Position numbers and translations under genes: made by a program. From Bryobacterales bacterium (GTDB taxonomy: Bacteria; Acidobacteriota; Terriglobia; Bryobacterales; UBA6623), in assembly GCA_965200705.1 (NCBI GenBank), contig OZ241376.1, forward strand, positions 2,367,557 to 2,431,556: a stretch of DNA of 64,000 nucleotides. The letters are read 5' to 3'. Positions 29,198-39,610 of this stretch are shown here, piece after piece. The notes beneath the pieces were generated by a model that saw only the letters and a program-made list of their open reading frames with translations, was not told the origin of the DNA and did not search any database. How positions within the stretch are numbered: position 1 is the stretch's first letter; every line of letters begins with the position of its first letter.

Positions 29198-30442
29198 CGC
29201 CAGGGCAACTGGACGACTACTTCGCCGGGGTGGGCGCGAAATGCCTGTCGGCGGTCGATGCGGAGCCCACAAGGTCTAACCAGCACGAAATCGGCGTCAC
29301 GAAGGACATGCGGACGCATGTCCTTCGGGTAGCAGAGGCAGTCCTTCGATGTTCGCTTTGTCTGGCTGGGAGAGGAGCGGGACGAGTTGATCGAGTTTGG
29401 GACAGCTATCGCCGAGGGCGGCGTTGTCCTCCCTGGGCAAGCAACCTACTACGACACGCGGGAGAACCAGCCCCACCGCTCACCGGAATGGCGTCTGTAC
29501 TACCCATCCAATCCCGTTACGGAAGCCATGAGCACCGGAGACGCGCTGTTCTTGGCGCTGCGCAACAGCGGGCTCCTCTACTTCATCGTTGCCCCAGCAG
29601 GATCCACAGTGAGCAGCAGCTCTCTTGGCTCTTCGGAGTGCGGCCCGGCAAGGGCTTCGTCGTACGCGAGATCGAGCCCCACGCACTGAAGCTGGATCTT
29701 GCTGGCCGCTTCATGCTCGACGAACTAGGCGTGGAGCTCGAGGAGTGGATGAGGCTAGATTGGATGTCATCGTCGAGCCGTTCGGCACGACGTTTCCCAG
29801 CACGGCCGCTTTCTCGGACCTCGCACGTGCGACCTTGGCTGAGGACGTGTGTCCCAGAGATGACCCGGATGCCGCCCTACTCGCTTGTCTGGAGCACGAG
29901 GAGGCTCTGTTTCGCCGACTTGAGCGGAAGGTGTCGCCAAGCGGCTCCATGCCGCCTTCGCTAGCGAAGGCGGCATGGATGTGGACGGATTCCTGCACTT
30001 CTCGCTCAGCGTTCAGAACCGCCGAAAGGCTCGAATGGGGCAATCGTTGGAACATCGTGCCGAGGCCATCTTCCGTGCTTCCAAACTCTCGTATGCCAGG
30101 GGGCAGGTGACTGAACACAACCGCCGACCGGATTTCGTGTTTCTCAGCATCGAGGCATATCGCGCCGCGCTCACGGGCTCGCCGTGCTTGACCATGCTGG
30201 GTGCCAAATCGGCTTGCAAGGACCGCTGGCGGCAAGTTCTCGCGGAGGCGGACAAGATTCCGGAAAAGCACCTCCTAACGCTCAAACCCGGCATATCAAC
30301 GTCCCAGACGCATCAAATGGCGGTGGACGACCTGCAACTGGTCGTTCCCCCGGAGCTCCACGCTACTTGCACGGAGGCGCAGCGAGGGTGGCTCTGGACC
30401 TTGGACCAGTTCGTCCAGCACGTGGCGGCTCGGCAGGGCTAG
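29194..30442 (+). pseudogene. EcoRII-C family type II restriction endonuclease, at least four frameshifts
   Basis: The start overlaps the dcm stop (ATGA). Coherent protein segments alternate between frames: frame 1 to about 29325, frame 2 to about 29610, frame 1 to about 29745, frame 3 to about 29930, then frame 2 to the stop. The last segment, FLHFSLSVQNRRKARMGQSLEH...RRPDFVF...LGAKSACKDRWRQVLAEADKI..KHLLTL, matches my recollection of the EcoRII catalytic domain. Confidence 0.8.
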
Positions 30443-30521
30443 CGGGAATCAGAGCTGGCATGGAGGCGGCCTCAATCCGCACGGCCCATTGAATGGGTGA
30501 GCATTCTCGGGGGGCCGTCCA

Positions 30522-30900
30522 TTGGCGTGGGATTTCGTGGGGAAGCGTGGTCGCAAGCAGATCGGCAATCCGCTCACGGCTTGTCAACGCAGCGGATTGG
30601 GGAGCCGGAGCCGCTCGAAGCACACTGAGCTCGAGGTGCTGGTCGGGCGCATCGTGCGCGCCATGGGCCATCGCTATCGCCTCCACGCCAAGGAACTGCT
30701 GGACTGGCGCGAATCGGGGTTCCGACGGCGCCGCGGGGCAATCGTCGTCCGCGGCTGATTCTAGGGCCGCAGTAGGGGCTTTCTGACGAACCGGCTCCCC
30801 ACTACGCAGTGCGAGCTCTTGCGGTACAAGCTGGACGGCAACGTCCAGCGAAACCGGGGGAGCTTGGCGGGTTTGCAAGAGATTGGACCTAATTCCAGTC
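30522..30900 (+). pseudogene. vsr: Very short patch repair endonuclease (Vsr), in-frame nonsense codons
   Basis: SRSKHTELEVLVGRIVRAMGHRYRLH....RRRRGAIVVRG*F*GRS...LLRYKLDGNVQRNR aligns with Vsr (..T.PE...R..L...G.RYRLH...AIFV.GCFWHGH....FW..K...N..RD). TGA (30756) and TAG (30762) occupy the Cys and Trp positions of GCFWH. Confidence 0.7.
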
Positions 30901-31026
30901 GGTCCGACCGTCCGCAGGCCATCGCTGGTGGACGATTTGGCCTGTCGAGGATCGAATTCACCTCCCGTTAACGGGTCCGCAACTCACCTTTAATCCATAC
31001 GCAGTATTGATGGTAGGTCAGCTCGA

Positions 31027-31713
31027 ATGCCTCCCAAGGTTGCAGTGGTCGAGGACGATCGTGATCTGACCATCCTGTTGCGATACGCGTTCGAGCAGGC
31101 TGGGTTCCAGTTCTGCAGCACGGACAACGGCATGACCGCACCCGAGTTCTGCCTGCGGGAGATGCCGGACGCCATCGTTCTGGACGTGATGCTCCCTGGG
31201 CAGGATGGCTTCTCGGTCTGTCGTCAGATCCGTGAGGATTCCTGGTTGAAGGACGTGCCAGTGGTTTTCTTGACCGCCCGCACGGAAGAGGCGGACCGGT
31301 TGCGCGGCCTAGAGATCGGTGGCGACGACTACGTCGTCAAGCCCTTCTCCGTGCGCGAGCTCGTAGCACGCGTAAAGCTTCGGCTGCGGTCTCGCGGCGC
31401 GCTGGACCGCGTCTATCGCCTTGGAGCTCTTGAGGTCGACCACGAGCGGCGTGAGGTGCGCATGGACGGCAATCCCGTGCCCGTCACCGCGACGGAGTAC
31501 CTCCTCCTCGAGCGGATGATGCGGCAGCCGGGTCGGGTGTTCAGCCGCACCTGGCTCCTGGGCTCTGTCTGGGGCATGGGATGCAACATCACCGAACGCA
31601 CAGTGGACGTCCATGTGCGGCGCCTTCGACGCAAGATCGAGCCGGATCCTTCCAGACCGCGCTACATCCGGTCGGTCCGCGGATTCGGGTACACGGTCCG
31701 TGACACCGACTGA
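31027..31713 (+). CDS. OmpR/PhoB-family response regulator (receiver + winged-helix)
   Basis: VAVVEDD, DAIVLDVMLPGQDG, DDYVVKPFS, C-terminal RSVRGFGY. No histidine kinase adjacent. Confidence 0.92.
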   Translation: MPPKVAVVEDDRDLTILLRYAFEQAGFQFCSTDNGMTAPEFCLREMPDAIVLDVMLPGQDGFSVCRQIREDSWLKDVPVVFLTARTEEADRLRGLEIGGDDYVVKPFSVRELVARVKLRLRSRGALDRVYRLGALEVDHERREVRMDGNPVPVTATEYLLLERMMRQPGRVFSRTWLLGSVWGMGCNITERTVDVHVRRLRRKIEPDPSRPRYIRSVRGFGYTVRDTD

Positions 31714-31849
31714 AGTTCACGGAACCTTAACCAGATCGCCTCGCATGAGTAACGCCAGAAGGGTTGAATCGAGGTCTCGGGCCCTTCCTCTCGGCAGGTG
31801 TCAGACGCCCTGCCCACTGCCTAGACCTTCACGGAGGAAATCCATAGCC

Positions 31850-34651
31850 ATGCAAGCCTTGCCTAGGGTCGCAACAGTCTTTCTCGCGGTCGCTGCACTG
31901 CTCACCGGCGCCTCCTCCTTGGGGGCCCAGAACAGCGGTACCGTGCTTGGGTTTGTCTACGACGCCTCGACCGGCAATCCAATTCCTCAAGTCAGGGTGG
32001 AGATGTCCGGTGAGGTCACCATCGACGCAGTCACGACCATCGACGGGAGCTTCATGCTGAATGGCGTCCCGGTTGGGACGTATACGGTCAGCTACGTTTC
32101 GGAGCACCACCAGGCTGTCAATGTCGATGGTCTAGAGGTTCTAGCGGGCGAGATCGCCGACGCCAGCACAGTGATGTCGTCAAAGGGCGAGACAACGGTC
32201 GTGGATGTCGTAGCGAATGTCGCGTCCTCTGTGGCCACGCAGGAGGCGATGCTGGTAGAGCGCAAGCTGGCCGCGACAGTCTCGGACACGATCAGCGCCG
32301 AGGAGATCCGCGGCGGCACTTCGTCTGACGCGTCCGAGGCCATTGAGAAGGTGACCGGCGTCACCACGATGAACGATTTCGTGTTCGTGCGCGGTCTGGA
32401 TCCGCGCTACAGCGCGACGACCCTGAACAACGCGCTTCTCGCGAGCACCGAGCCCGAGCGCCGCGTTGTCCCGCTCGACCTATTCCCGGCAAGCCTGATT
32501 GACAGCATCAAGGTGCAGAAGACCTACGCACCTGACCTGCCAGGGGAGTTCTCCGCCGGACTTGTGCAGGTAGAGACCACTGAGTTTCCGACTCGGCCCA
32601 CGCTCAGCGTGAGCTACTCGATAGGCTTCAACAGCCAGACGCAGGGACGCACGTTCCTCGACTACCCGGGCGGATCACGAGACTTTTGGGGAATCGACGA
32701 TGGGACTCGAGCATTGCCGGAGGCCATACCGGTGGACCAGCGAGTGGACCGCTTCACCTTCGGACGCGACGAGCTGCAGGAGATCGGCCGCTCGTTCCCG
32801 ACCAACTGGGAGCGTGTGCCGCGCGACCTGAGCCGGCCATCGATGAGCTGGAACGTCGTCGCCGGCAACACATTCGGCAAGCTCGGCGTGGTCGGGGCGC
32901 TGACGTTCTCGAACTCGCTGCTGTCGATCTTCGACCAGGAGCGGAACTTCTACTTTCCCAATCCGGAGGCTGCTCTGGGCAACCCAGATGCCGGTCCGCC
33001 CGTGCCCGCCAGTCAGTTCAACTACGACGACTCGACAGAGTCGGTTCGGCTCGGAGGCGTGCTCAACGTTTCCTACCAGTTCACGCCTGCGAACAAACTG
33101 TCGCTGCGCAACTTCTTCTCGCGCGACAGCGACGACTCCGCCCGCTACTACGAGGGCTTCTACGAGGACTTCGACACCGACATCCGCAATCAGCGACTGC
33201 GCTACATCGAGCGGACTGTGCAGAACTCGCAGCTCACTGGCGAGCACCTCTTCTCCGGGCTCAACAACAGCGTTTTTTCTTGGTCGATGTCCTATTCGAA
33301 GGCCACGCGCGACGAGCCCGACCTGCGCGAGAGCTTGCAAATCTATCAGCCCCGGACGGACTCCTTCCTTTTCTTCGACGACAGCCAGAGTGCATTCCGC
33401 ATGTTCAACGACCTAGGGGAATCGATCCTGAACCCCTCCGTAGACATGCTCGTGCCGTTCTTCAAGGGTTCGTTCAGCGGCGCTGTGAAGTTCGGGGCGA
33501 ACTACTCCTCGCGTGGCCGCGACTTTCGGTCGAGGCGGTTCAAGTACACACTGCGCAGTTCGCGGCGCCTTGATTTGCGACTGCCACCGAACGAGCTCTT
33601 CGCTGACGAGAACATTCATCCGCGGGCCCTGGAGGTGAGCGAGACGACGCGTGTGACCGACGCCTACCGCGCCACGCGGGACGTGTTCGGCTACTACGGG
33701 ATGGTGGAACTCAACCTTGCCGCGCAGTGGCGCGTCATTGCTGGGCTGCGCATCGAGGACCTCGATCAGGACGTCACCACGTTCAACCAGTTCCTGCCTG
33801 CGACCGGGCGCGAGCCGGCTCCCTTCAACACGGTCAACTACCTGCCTTCGCTGAACGTCATCTACGCGATGACCCCCAAGCAGAACCTGCGCGGCGGATT
33901 CAGCCGCACGGTCTCGCGGCCCGACTTCCGCGAGCTGGCGCGATTCGGCTTCCTGGATCTCGTCGGCGGTCTGCAGACCATCGGGAACCCCGAACTCAAC
34001 CAGACCAACATCGCCAACTACGACTTCCGCTGGGAGTACTTTCCGGGCAGCAACCAGATCTTGGCGGCCAGCTTCTTCTACAAGAACTTCGAAAGCCCCA
34101 TCGAGCGGACAATCATCTCCGCGGTCGCCCTGCTTCGGACGTTCTCGAACGCCCGGGCCGCCAAGAACTATGGCTTCGAGTTCGAGTTCCGACGGGGCCT
34201 GGGCTTCGTCTCGAAGCAGCTGCGGGACTTTGCGGTCTCCTCGAACTTCACCCTTGTCGACTCGAACATCGATTTGGAGAACGTCGGCGACAGAGTCGTG
34301 CTGACGACCCTCAATCGGGCCATGCAGGGCCAGTCGCGCTACGTGACGAACCTGATCGCGGAGTGGGCGAGGCCAAAACTGCGGAGCACGGCGCGCTACT
34401 ACTTCAACTACTTCTCGAGCCGCATTACGGATGTCGGCGCCTTCGGGCTCCCCGATGTAGTCCAGGACGGTCGCGGCACCATGGACTTTGTCTACGAGTT
34501 CATGATCAAGCCCGAGGGGCGCTGGAAGCTGCGAGTGGCAGCGGAGAACATCAACAACGCGCGCTGGTTCCTCACCCAGGGAGGCGAGACATTCCTCGGC
34601 TACCGCGAGGGGCGCACGCTGACGGTGGGCACCAGCTTCAGCGTCTTCTGA
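31850..34651 (+). CDS. TonB-dependent receptor with N-terminal CarboxypepD_reg-like domain
   Basis: Signal peptide MQALPRVATVFLAVAALLTGASSLGAQ, GTVLGFVYDASTGNPIP, plug region, C-terminal ...LTVGTSFSVF. Start moved from 31613 to the ATG at 31850, with GGAGGA upstream. Confidence 0.88.
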   Translation: MQALPRVATVFLAVAALLTGASSLGAQNSGTVLGFVYDASTGNPIPQVRVEMSGEVTIDAVTTIDGSFMLNGVPVGTYTVSYVSEHHQAVNVDGLEVLAGEIADASTVMSSKGETTVVDVVANVASSVATQEAMLVERKLAATVSDTISAEEIRGGTSSDASEAIEKVTGVTTMNDFVFVRGLDPRYSATTLNNALLASTEPERRVVPLDLFPASLIDSIKVQKTYAPDLPGEFSAGLVQVETTEFPTRPTLSVSYSIGFNSQTQGRTFLDYPGGSRDFWGIDDGTRALPEAIPVDQRVDRFTFGRDELQEIGRSFPTNWERVPRDLSRPSMSWNVVAGNTFGKLGVVGALTFSNSLLSIFDQERNFYFPNPEAALGNPDAGPPVPASQFNYDDSTESVRLGGVLNVSYQFTPANKLSLRNFFSRDSDDSARYYEGFYEDFDTDIRNQRLRYIERTVQNSQLTGEHLFSGLNNSVFSWSMSYSKATRDEPDLRESLQIYQPRTDSFLFFDDSQSAFRMFNDLGESILNPSVDMLVPFFKGSFSGAVKFGANYSSRGRDFRSRRFKYTLRSSRRLDLRLPPNELFADENIHPRALEVSETTRVTDAYRATRDVFGYYGMVELNLAAQWRVIAGLRIEDLDQDVTTFNQFLPATGREPAPFNTVNYLPSLNVIYAMTPKQNLRGGFSRTVSRPDFRELARFGFLDLVGGLQTIGNPELNQTNIANYDFRWEYFPGSNQILAASFFYKNFESPIERTIISAVALLRTFSNARAAKNYGFEFEFRRGLGFVSKQLRDFAVSSNFTLVDSNIDLENVGDRVVLTTLNRAMQGQSRYVTNLIAEWARPKLRSTARYYFNYFSSRITDVGAFGLPDVVQDGRGTMDFVYEFMIKPEGRWKLRVAAENINNARWFLTQGGETFLGYREGRTLTVGTSFSVF

Positions 34652-34987
34652 GCCCCAGGTGGTCCGCATTCGAGTTCTCATGCGCCACTCTGCTTCAGCC
34701 GAAGCGCCTGAACTCGATTGACCTACGAGTACAGTCTGTCGTCCCAATCTGTACCGGTCAACTGTGTGCAAATACAGTGACATCAATGACTTGCGTGAAC
34801 GATCTAGCATTTCTGCAGTTCTTCCTCGAACTATGTGGGCTAGCTAGACGTGACTGTTCCAGCATGGTCGCAGGTGCCTGCGAATAGGGTGCCGGTCGGG
34901 GGCGAGGGTCTCTCTGCGGGGCGGGATTGCGGCCCATTTCGTGGCACGGCTGGGGCCGCCAAGTCGCTGATAGACTGAATTCTAGGC

Positions 34988-36382
34988 ATGGACTACGACC
35001 TCCTGGTGATAGGTAGCGGTCCGGGCGGCTACGTCGCGGCAATCCGTGCGGCGCAGTACGGCCTGCGAGTCGCCGTCGTCGAGAAGGACGCCCATTTGGG
35101 CGGCACCTGCCTGCACGTGGGCTGCATCCCCACGAAGGCGCTGCTGCACTTCGCGGAGGTCTTCGAGTTGGCCCTGCACGGCGAGCGCATCGGCGTGCGT
35201 GTGGACAACGTCTCGGTGGACCTCGCGACGATGAACGAGCGCAAGGGTGAGATCGTCGCCAAGCACGCCAAGGGCGTTGGGCAGCTCTTCAAGAAACACA
35301 GGATCGACTCCATCCAGGGTTACGCGGAGCTGCGTGGCGGCGGTTCGGTTCATGTGACCGGATCCGATGCAGAGCGCACCTACACGGCGGGTCACGTGAT
35401 CTTGGCCACCGGCTCGGAGGCTCGCATGCTGCCAGGTCTCGACCCGTCCTCAGATCGGGTACTCACCAACGTCGAGATCCTGGACCTCACTGAAGTGCCG
35501 AAGTCCCTTGCGGTCATCGGCGCTGGGGCTGTGGGCGTGGAGTTTGCCTCCATCTACCGCAGCTTCGGCTCGCAGGTTTCGGTGTTCGAGATGCTCCCGC
35601 GAATCGTGCCGCTGGAGGACGAGGACGCATCGGCTGCACTGGACAGGGCCTTCCGCGGGAGGGGCATAGAGGTCCTGGCCGGTACGGCGGTCGACGAGAT
35701 CCGCACGATGGACTCGGGTGTCGAGCTCGCCTACACCGCCCCCAACGGCAAAAAGCAAGAGCGGGAATTCGAGAGGCTTCTCGTGGCAGTCGGCCGGAAG
35801 CCCAACACAACCAGGGTCGGTCTTGAACACACGGCGATCCAGACCGATAGGGGCTTCATTCCCGTCAACGGCTTCATGGAGACGGCCGAGATGGGCGTCT
35901 ACGCCATCGGCGACATCGTGGCCGGTTCGCCGCAGCTGGCGCACACCGCGTCTGCCGAGGGTCTGGTCGCGGCGGCGCGCATCGCGGGGCAGGCCGTGGA
36001 GCCGATCGACTACAGCCGCAATCCGAACTGCACCTACTGCGAGCCACAGATCGCGAGCGTCGGCCTGACCGAGGCCGCGGCGCGGGATGCGGGGCGGGCG
36101 GTGAAGGTCTCGAAGTTCCCGTTCGCCGCCAACAGCAAGGCTTCGATCCTCGACAGCCACGTGGGATTCGTAAAGGTCGTCGCCGACCAGGAGTTCGGGG
36201 AGATCCTTGGCGTACACATCGTCGGACCGCAGGCCACGGAGGTGATCCACGAGGCGATCGTCGCCATGCAGAGCGAGGCTACGGTCGAATCGATGCGCTC
36301 GACGATTCACGCCCATCCGACTTTGTCTGAGGCGGTCGGGGATGCGTTCCACGGCATCTACGGGCAGGCCATCAATGCATGA
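34988..36382 (+). CDS. lpdA: Dihydrolipoyl dehydrogenase (E3)
   Basis: GSGPGGYVAAIRAAQ, redox-active GGTCLHVGCIPTK, HAHPTLSE. Confidence 0.95.
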   Translation: MDYDLLVIGSGPGGYVAAIRAAQYGLRVAVVEKDAHLGGTCLHVGCIPTKALLHFAEVFELALHGERIGVRVDNVSVDLATMNERKGEIVAKHAKGVGQLFKKHRIDSIQGYAELRGGGSVHVTGSDAERTYTAGHVILATGSEARMLPGLDPSSDRVLTNVEILDLTEVPKSLAVIGAGAVGVEFASIYRSFGSQVSVFEMLPRIVPLEDEDASAALDRAFRGRGIEVLAGTAVDEIRTMDSGVELAYTAPNGKKQEREFERLLVAVGRKPNTTRVGLEHTAIQTDRGFIPVNGFMETAEMGVYAIGDIVAGSPQLAHTASAEGLVAAARIAGQAVEPIDYSRNPNCTYCEPQIASVGLTEAAARDAGRAVKVSKFPFAANSKASILDSHVGFVKVVADQEFGEILGVHIVGPQATEVIHEAIVAMQSEATVESMRSTIHAHPTLSEAVGDAFHGIYGQAINA

Positions 36383-37106
36383 GGCCGGCGCGGCCTCCGC
36401 GTTGGCCGAGCTCCCCGGTCCAAAGGAGGCCTTGGCCGTGTGCGAGACGCACGACCTGGGCCGCTGCGGTTACCGCGAGGCTTGGGACCTGCAACTCGAC
36501 CTGGTGCTTCAGCGCAAGGCTGGTAGCATCTGCGATCAGCTCCTGTTTGTGGAGCACCCGCCGACGATCACGCTCGGACGGAACGCCGACGCTGCGAACA
36601 TACTGGCCGCTCCGGACTTGCTGCGCGATCAAGGCATCGTTGTGGAGGAAACGGACCGCGGCGGGGACGTCACCTACCACGGCCCTGGGCAGGTCGTGGC
36701 TTATCCGATCCTGGATCTGCGCGAGTGGCGCCGTGATGTTGGGGCCTACCTGCGGTCGCTTGAGGAGATGATCATCGGCGCGCTCAGCGAGTTCGGCATT
36801 CGTGCCGGCCGTGCTGGCGGCATGACCGGTGTCTGGGTGGAAGGAGCCAAGGTTGCCGCCATGGGCGTGCATCTGAGCCGCTGGGTGACCTCCCATGGGA
36901 TTGCGCTGAACGTGACGACCAATCTCAGCCACTTCGGGTTCATCGTTCCGTGTGGGCTGACCAAGCCTGTCACGTCGCTCGAGCGGCTGCTGCCGCGCGC
37001 TCCCGGCCGCGTGGCCGTGATCGACGCCCTGACGCGTAACTTCGGAGCGGTCTTTGGCCGGAACATGGTCAGGGTGCCAGGGACATGGCGCCACGATGGC
37101 CGCTAG
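36375..37106 (+). CDS. lipB: Lipoyl(octanoyl) transferase
   Basis: VEHPPTITLGR, RGGDVTYHGPGQ, KVAAMGVH. The ATG at 36375 overlaps the lpd stop (ATGCATGA). Confidence 0.88.
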   Translation: MHEAGAASALAELPGPKEALAVCETHDLGRCGYREAWDLQLDLVLQRKAGSICDQLLFVEHPPTITLGRNADAANILAAPDLLRDQGIVVEETDRGGDVTYHGPGQVVAYPILDLREWRRDVGAYLRSLEEMIIGALSEFGIRAGRAGGMTGVWVEGAKVAAMGVHLSRWVTSHGIALNVTTNLSHFGFIVPCGLTKPVTSLERLLPRAPGRVAVIDALTRNFGAVFGRNMVRVPGTWRHDGR

Positions 37107-37133
37107 AAGCAAGGAAAGCGAGGACGGATCCAA

Positions 37134-38405
37134 ATGGGCGAAGTGATCATGCCCCAGATGGGGGAGAGCATCGTCGAGGGAACCATCACCAAGTGGCTCA
37201 AGGCCACTGGGGACACCGTCGAGCAGGACGAAGCGCTGTTCGAGATCTCCACCGACAAGGTCGATTCAGAAGTTCCGGCACCCTCGGCCGGAGTGCTGGA
37301 GGCGATCTTCTATCCGGAGGGCGAGACCGTCGAGATCAACACGACCGTCGCCGTCATCGGTGATGGATCCAAGGTCGGCCAGCACCAACCGCCGACCGGG
37401 GGTTCAGCGGACGCGGCCAGCCCCGAGCGGGCTTCTGCGCCTGCGTCGGCTGCTGTGACCCCGGCTCCCGCGCCGGACCCGATCTCGGAAGCACCCCCGT
37501 CCGGACGGGACGCCCGCGTGCGCAGTTCCCCGTTGGTGCGACGCATCGCTAAGGAGAAGGGAATCAATCTGGTCAATGTGGGCCCTGGAACAGGTGCTGG
37601 GGGCCGGATTAGCAAGAAGGACATACTGGCCTACGTAGAGCGCCAGGAGGCTCTGGCGGCTGCGCAGGCAGGGCCGGTGACGGCTTTCCCGCCAGCTCCG
37701 GAATCGCGTTTCGGCGCGTTCGATGTCGAGCCCCTCGCGGCGATGCGCGTGAGCATCGCCGAACACATGGTGCGCACGAAGCGCGTCTCCCCGCACGTAT
37801 CGACGATTCATCCTGTCGACTGCACGAAGATCGCCGCGGTGCGCTCTGCGGCAAAGGACCGATTCCTCGAGCAGAACGGCACGAAGCTGACGTTCATGCC
37901 GTTCTTCCTGCAGGCCGCGGCATCGGCCCTCAAGGCATATCCGGTGGTGAATTCGTCGCTGGACGGCAAGGACCTCGTCATGCATCGGGACGTCAACATC
38001 GGCATCGCGGTGGCTCTGGACTGGGGCCTCATCGTGCCTGTCATTCCTGCAGCCGACGAGAAGAGCGTTCTTGGACTGCAGCGAGCAGTCAACGATCTTG
38101 CGGTTCGCGCCCGGTCGAAGGCGCTCAAGCCGGACGAAATCCAGCACGGCACGTTCTCCGTTTCCAACTACGGCAGCTACAACGCCCTGCTGGCGACTCC
38201 GGCCATCAATCAGCCGCAACTGGCCATCCTGGGCATTGGTTCGGTTACCAAGACGCCCGTGGTGATCAACGACGCGATTGCGATCCGGTCGATTGCCTAC
38301 CTCACGCTCAGCTTCGATCACAGAGCAATTGACGGTGCGACCGCGGATCTGTTCCTCGAGCACATCCGAGGCACCATCGAGAACTGGTCCGCGCCTGTTC
38401 TGTAG
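37134..38405 (+). CDS. 2-oxoacid dehydrogenase E2 (dihydrolipoamide acyltransferase)
   Basis: Lipoyl domain (ISTDKVDSEVPAP), E3-binding PLVRRIAKEKGI, catalytic SFDHRAIDGA. Confidence 0.9.
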   Translation: MGEVIMPQMGESIVEGTITKWLKATGDTVEQDEALFEISTDKVDSEVPAPSAGVLEAIFYPEGETVEINTTVAVIGDGSKVGQHQPPTGGSADAASPERASAPASAAVTPAPAPDPISEAPPSGRDARVRSSPLVRRIAKEKGINLVNVGPGTGAGGRISKKDILAYVERQEALAAAQAGPVTAFPPAPESRFGAFDVEPLAAMRVSIAEHMVRTKRVSPHVSTIHPVDCTKIAAVRSAAKDRFLEQNGTKLTFMPFFLQAAASALKAYPVVNSSLDGKDLVMHRDVNIGIAVALDWGLIVPVIPAADEKSVLGLQRAVNDLAVRARSKALKPDEIQHGTFSVSNYGSYNALLATPAINQPQLAILGIGSVTKTPVVINDAIAIRSIAYLTLSFDHRAIDGATADLFLEHIRGTIENWSAPVL

Positions 38406-38440
38406 GGTCGCTACCGAACGCGGCCAGCAAGGAGCGTGCT

Positions 38441-39610
38441 GTGCGAGTACTGGTTCCCAACCTAGGTTCGACATCCCTGAAGTTTCGGGTCATCGAGTTC
38501 CCGGGGGAGGAGGAGCTTGCCGGTGGTCGGATGCAGCGCATCGGCCAGTCCGGCGGTGACGCGGAGACCTACCGCGAGGCCATCGAGAGAGTTCTCGACG
38601 ATGCGGGAACTGTGGACGCAGTCGGCTTCAAAGCCGTGCACGCGGGACCCCGGTTCCGGGGCACGTTTCTGATCGACGGCGACCTCTTGGCCGCAATGCG
38701 GGAGTTCGAACCCGCTGCGCCGCTCCACAACGGCATCTATCTCAAGGCGATCGCGGACTTCCGCGCCCTCTGCCCGGGGATACCGCTCGTGGCCGCCATG
38801 GAGACGGGATTCCACAAGACCATGTCCGCTGCCACCAGTACATACGGTGTGCCGGCGGAGTGGCGCGAGAAGCACGGGGTTCGGCGCTACGGCTTCCACG
38901 GCGCATCGCACCGCCATGTCGCAGAGCGGGCGCCCAAGGTCCTGGATCTGCCGCCGATGGGACTGCGAATCGTTTCCTGCCACTTGGGCGGAAGCTCGTC
39001 CATCTGCGCCATCAGGAACGGCGTGTCCATCGACATCAGCATGGGCTTCTCGCCCCAGTCGGGCATCGAGAGCGCAACCCGGCACGGGGACTTTGATGTG
39101 TTTGGCGCCCTCTTCATGATGGAGCGGCTCCAGCTCTCCCCGGAGGAGATGCGCGAGGTGCTTGTGCGGGACTGCGGCCTGGCAGGCCTGTCGGGCATTG
39201 CGGGCGGTGACCTGCGCGACATCGAAGCTGCAGCGGCCAACGGCAGTGCCAGCGCGGCGCTCGCGATCGAGGTGTTCGCATCCCGCATCCGCATGACGAT
39301 CGCATCGTATGCGTCGCTGATGGGTGGTCTGGACGGCGTTGTCTTTACGGGCGGCATCGGCGAGAACGCGACCGCCTTGCGTCTCAAAATTTGTCGCGGG
39401 CTTGAGTTTCTCGGTCTCGAGATCAGCGAGGAACGCAACGCGAACGAGCAGCCCGACTGTCGCGTCAGTCGCGAGGGCAGCGCCGTGGCCTGCATCGTGC
39501 TGGCCGCCGAGGAGGAGCTGGTGGTCGGCCGCGAGGTCTACCGGCTCCTTTCGTCCGCCTTAGGCGTGACCCTAGGGGAGCAGAAGAATGCCCTTGGCGA
39601 GCGCAATTAG
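38441..39610 (+). CDS. ackA: Acetate (short-chain acid) kinase
   Basis: VLVPNLGSTSLKF, RYGFHGASH, CHLGGSSSICA, FTGGIGEN. Confidence 0.9.
   Translation: MRVLVPNLGSTSLKFRVIEFPGEEELAGGRMQRIGQSGGDAETYREAIERVLDDAGTVDAVGFKAVHAGPRFRGTFLIDGDLLAAMREFEPAAPLHNGIYLKAIADFRALCPGIPLVAAMETGFHKTMSAATSTYGVPAEWREKHGVRRYGFHGASHRHVAERAPKVLDLPPMGLRIVSCHLGGSSSICAIRNGVSIDISMGFSPQSGIESATRHGDFDVFGALFMMERLQLSPEEMREVLVRDCGLAGLSGIAGGDLRDIEAAAANGSASAALAIEVFASRIRMTIASYASLMGGLDGVVFTGGIGENATALRLKICRGLEFLGLEISEERNANEQPDCRVSREGSAVACIVLAAEEELVVGREVYRLLSSALGVTLGEQKNALGERN

Noticed and set aside
31713-31850. Cobalamin or other riboswitch upstream of the two TonB-dependent receptors (also 49187-50200)
   Set aside because: No convincing B12-box or other riboswitch core could be recognised by eye. 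This needs a covariance-model scan before any claim.
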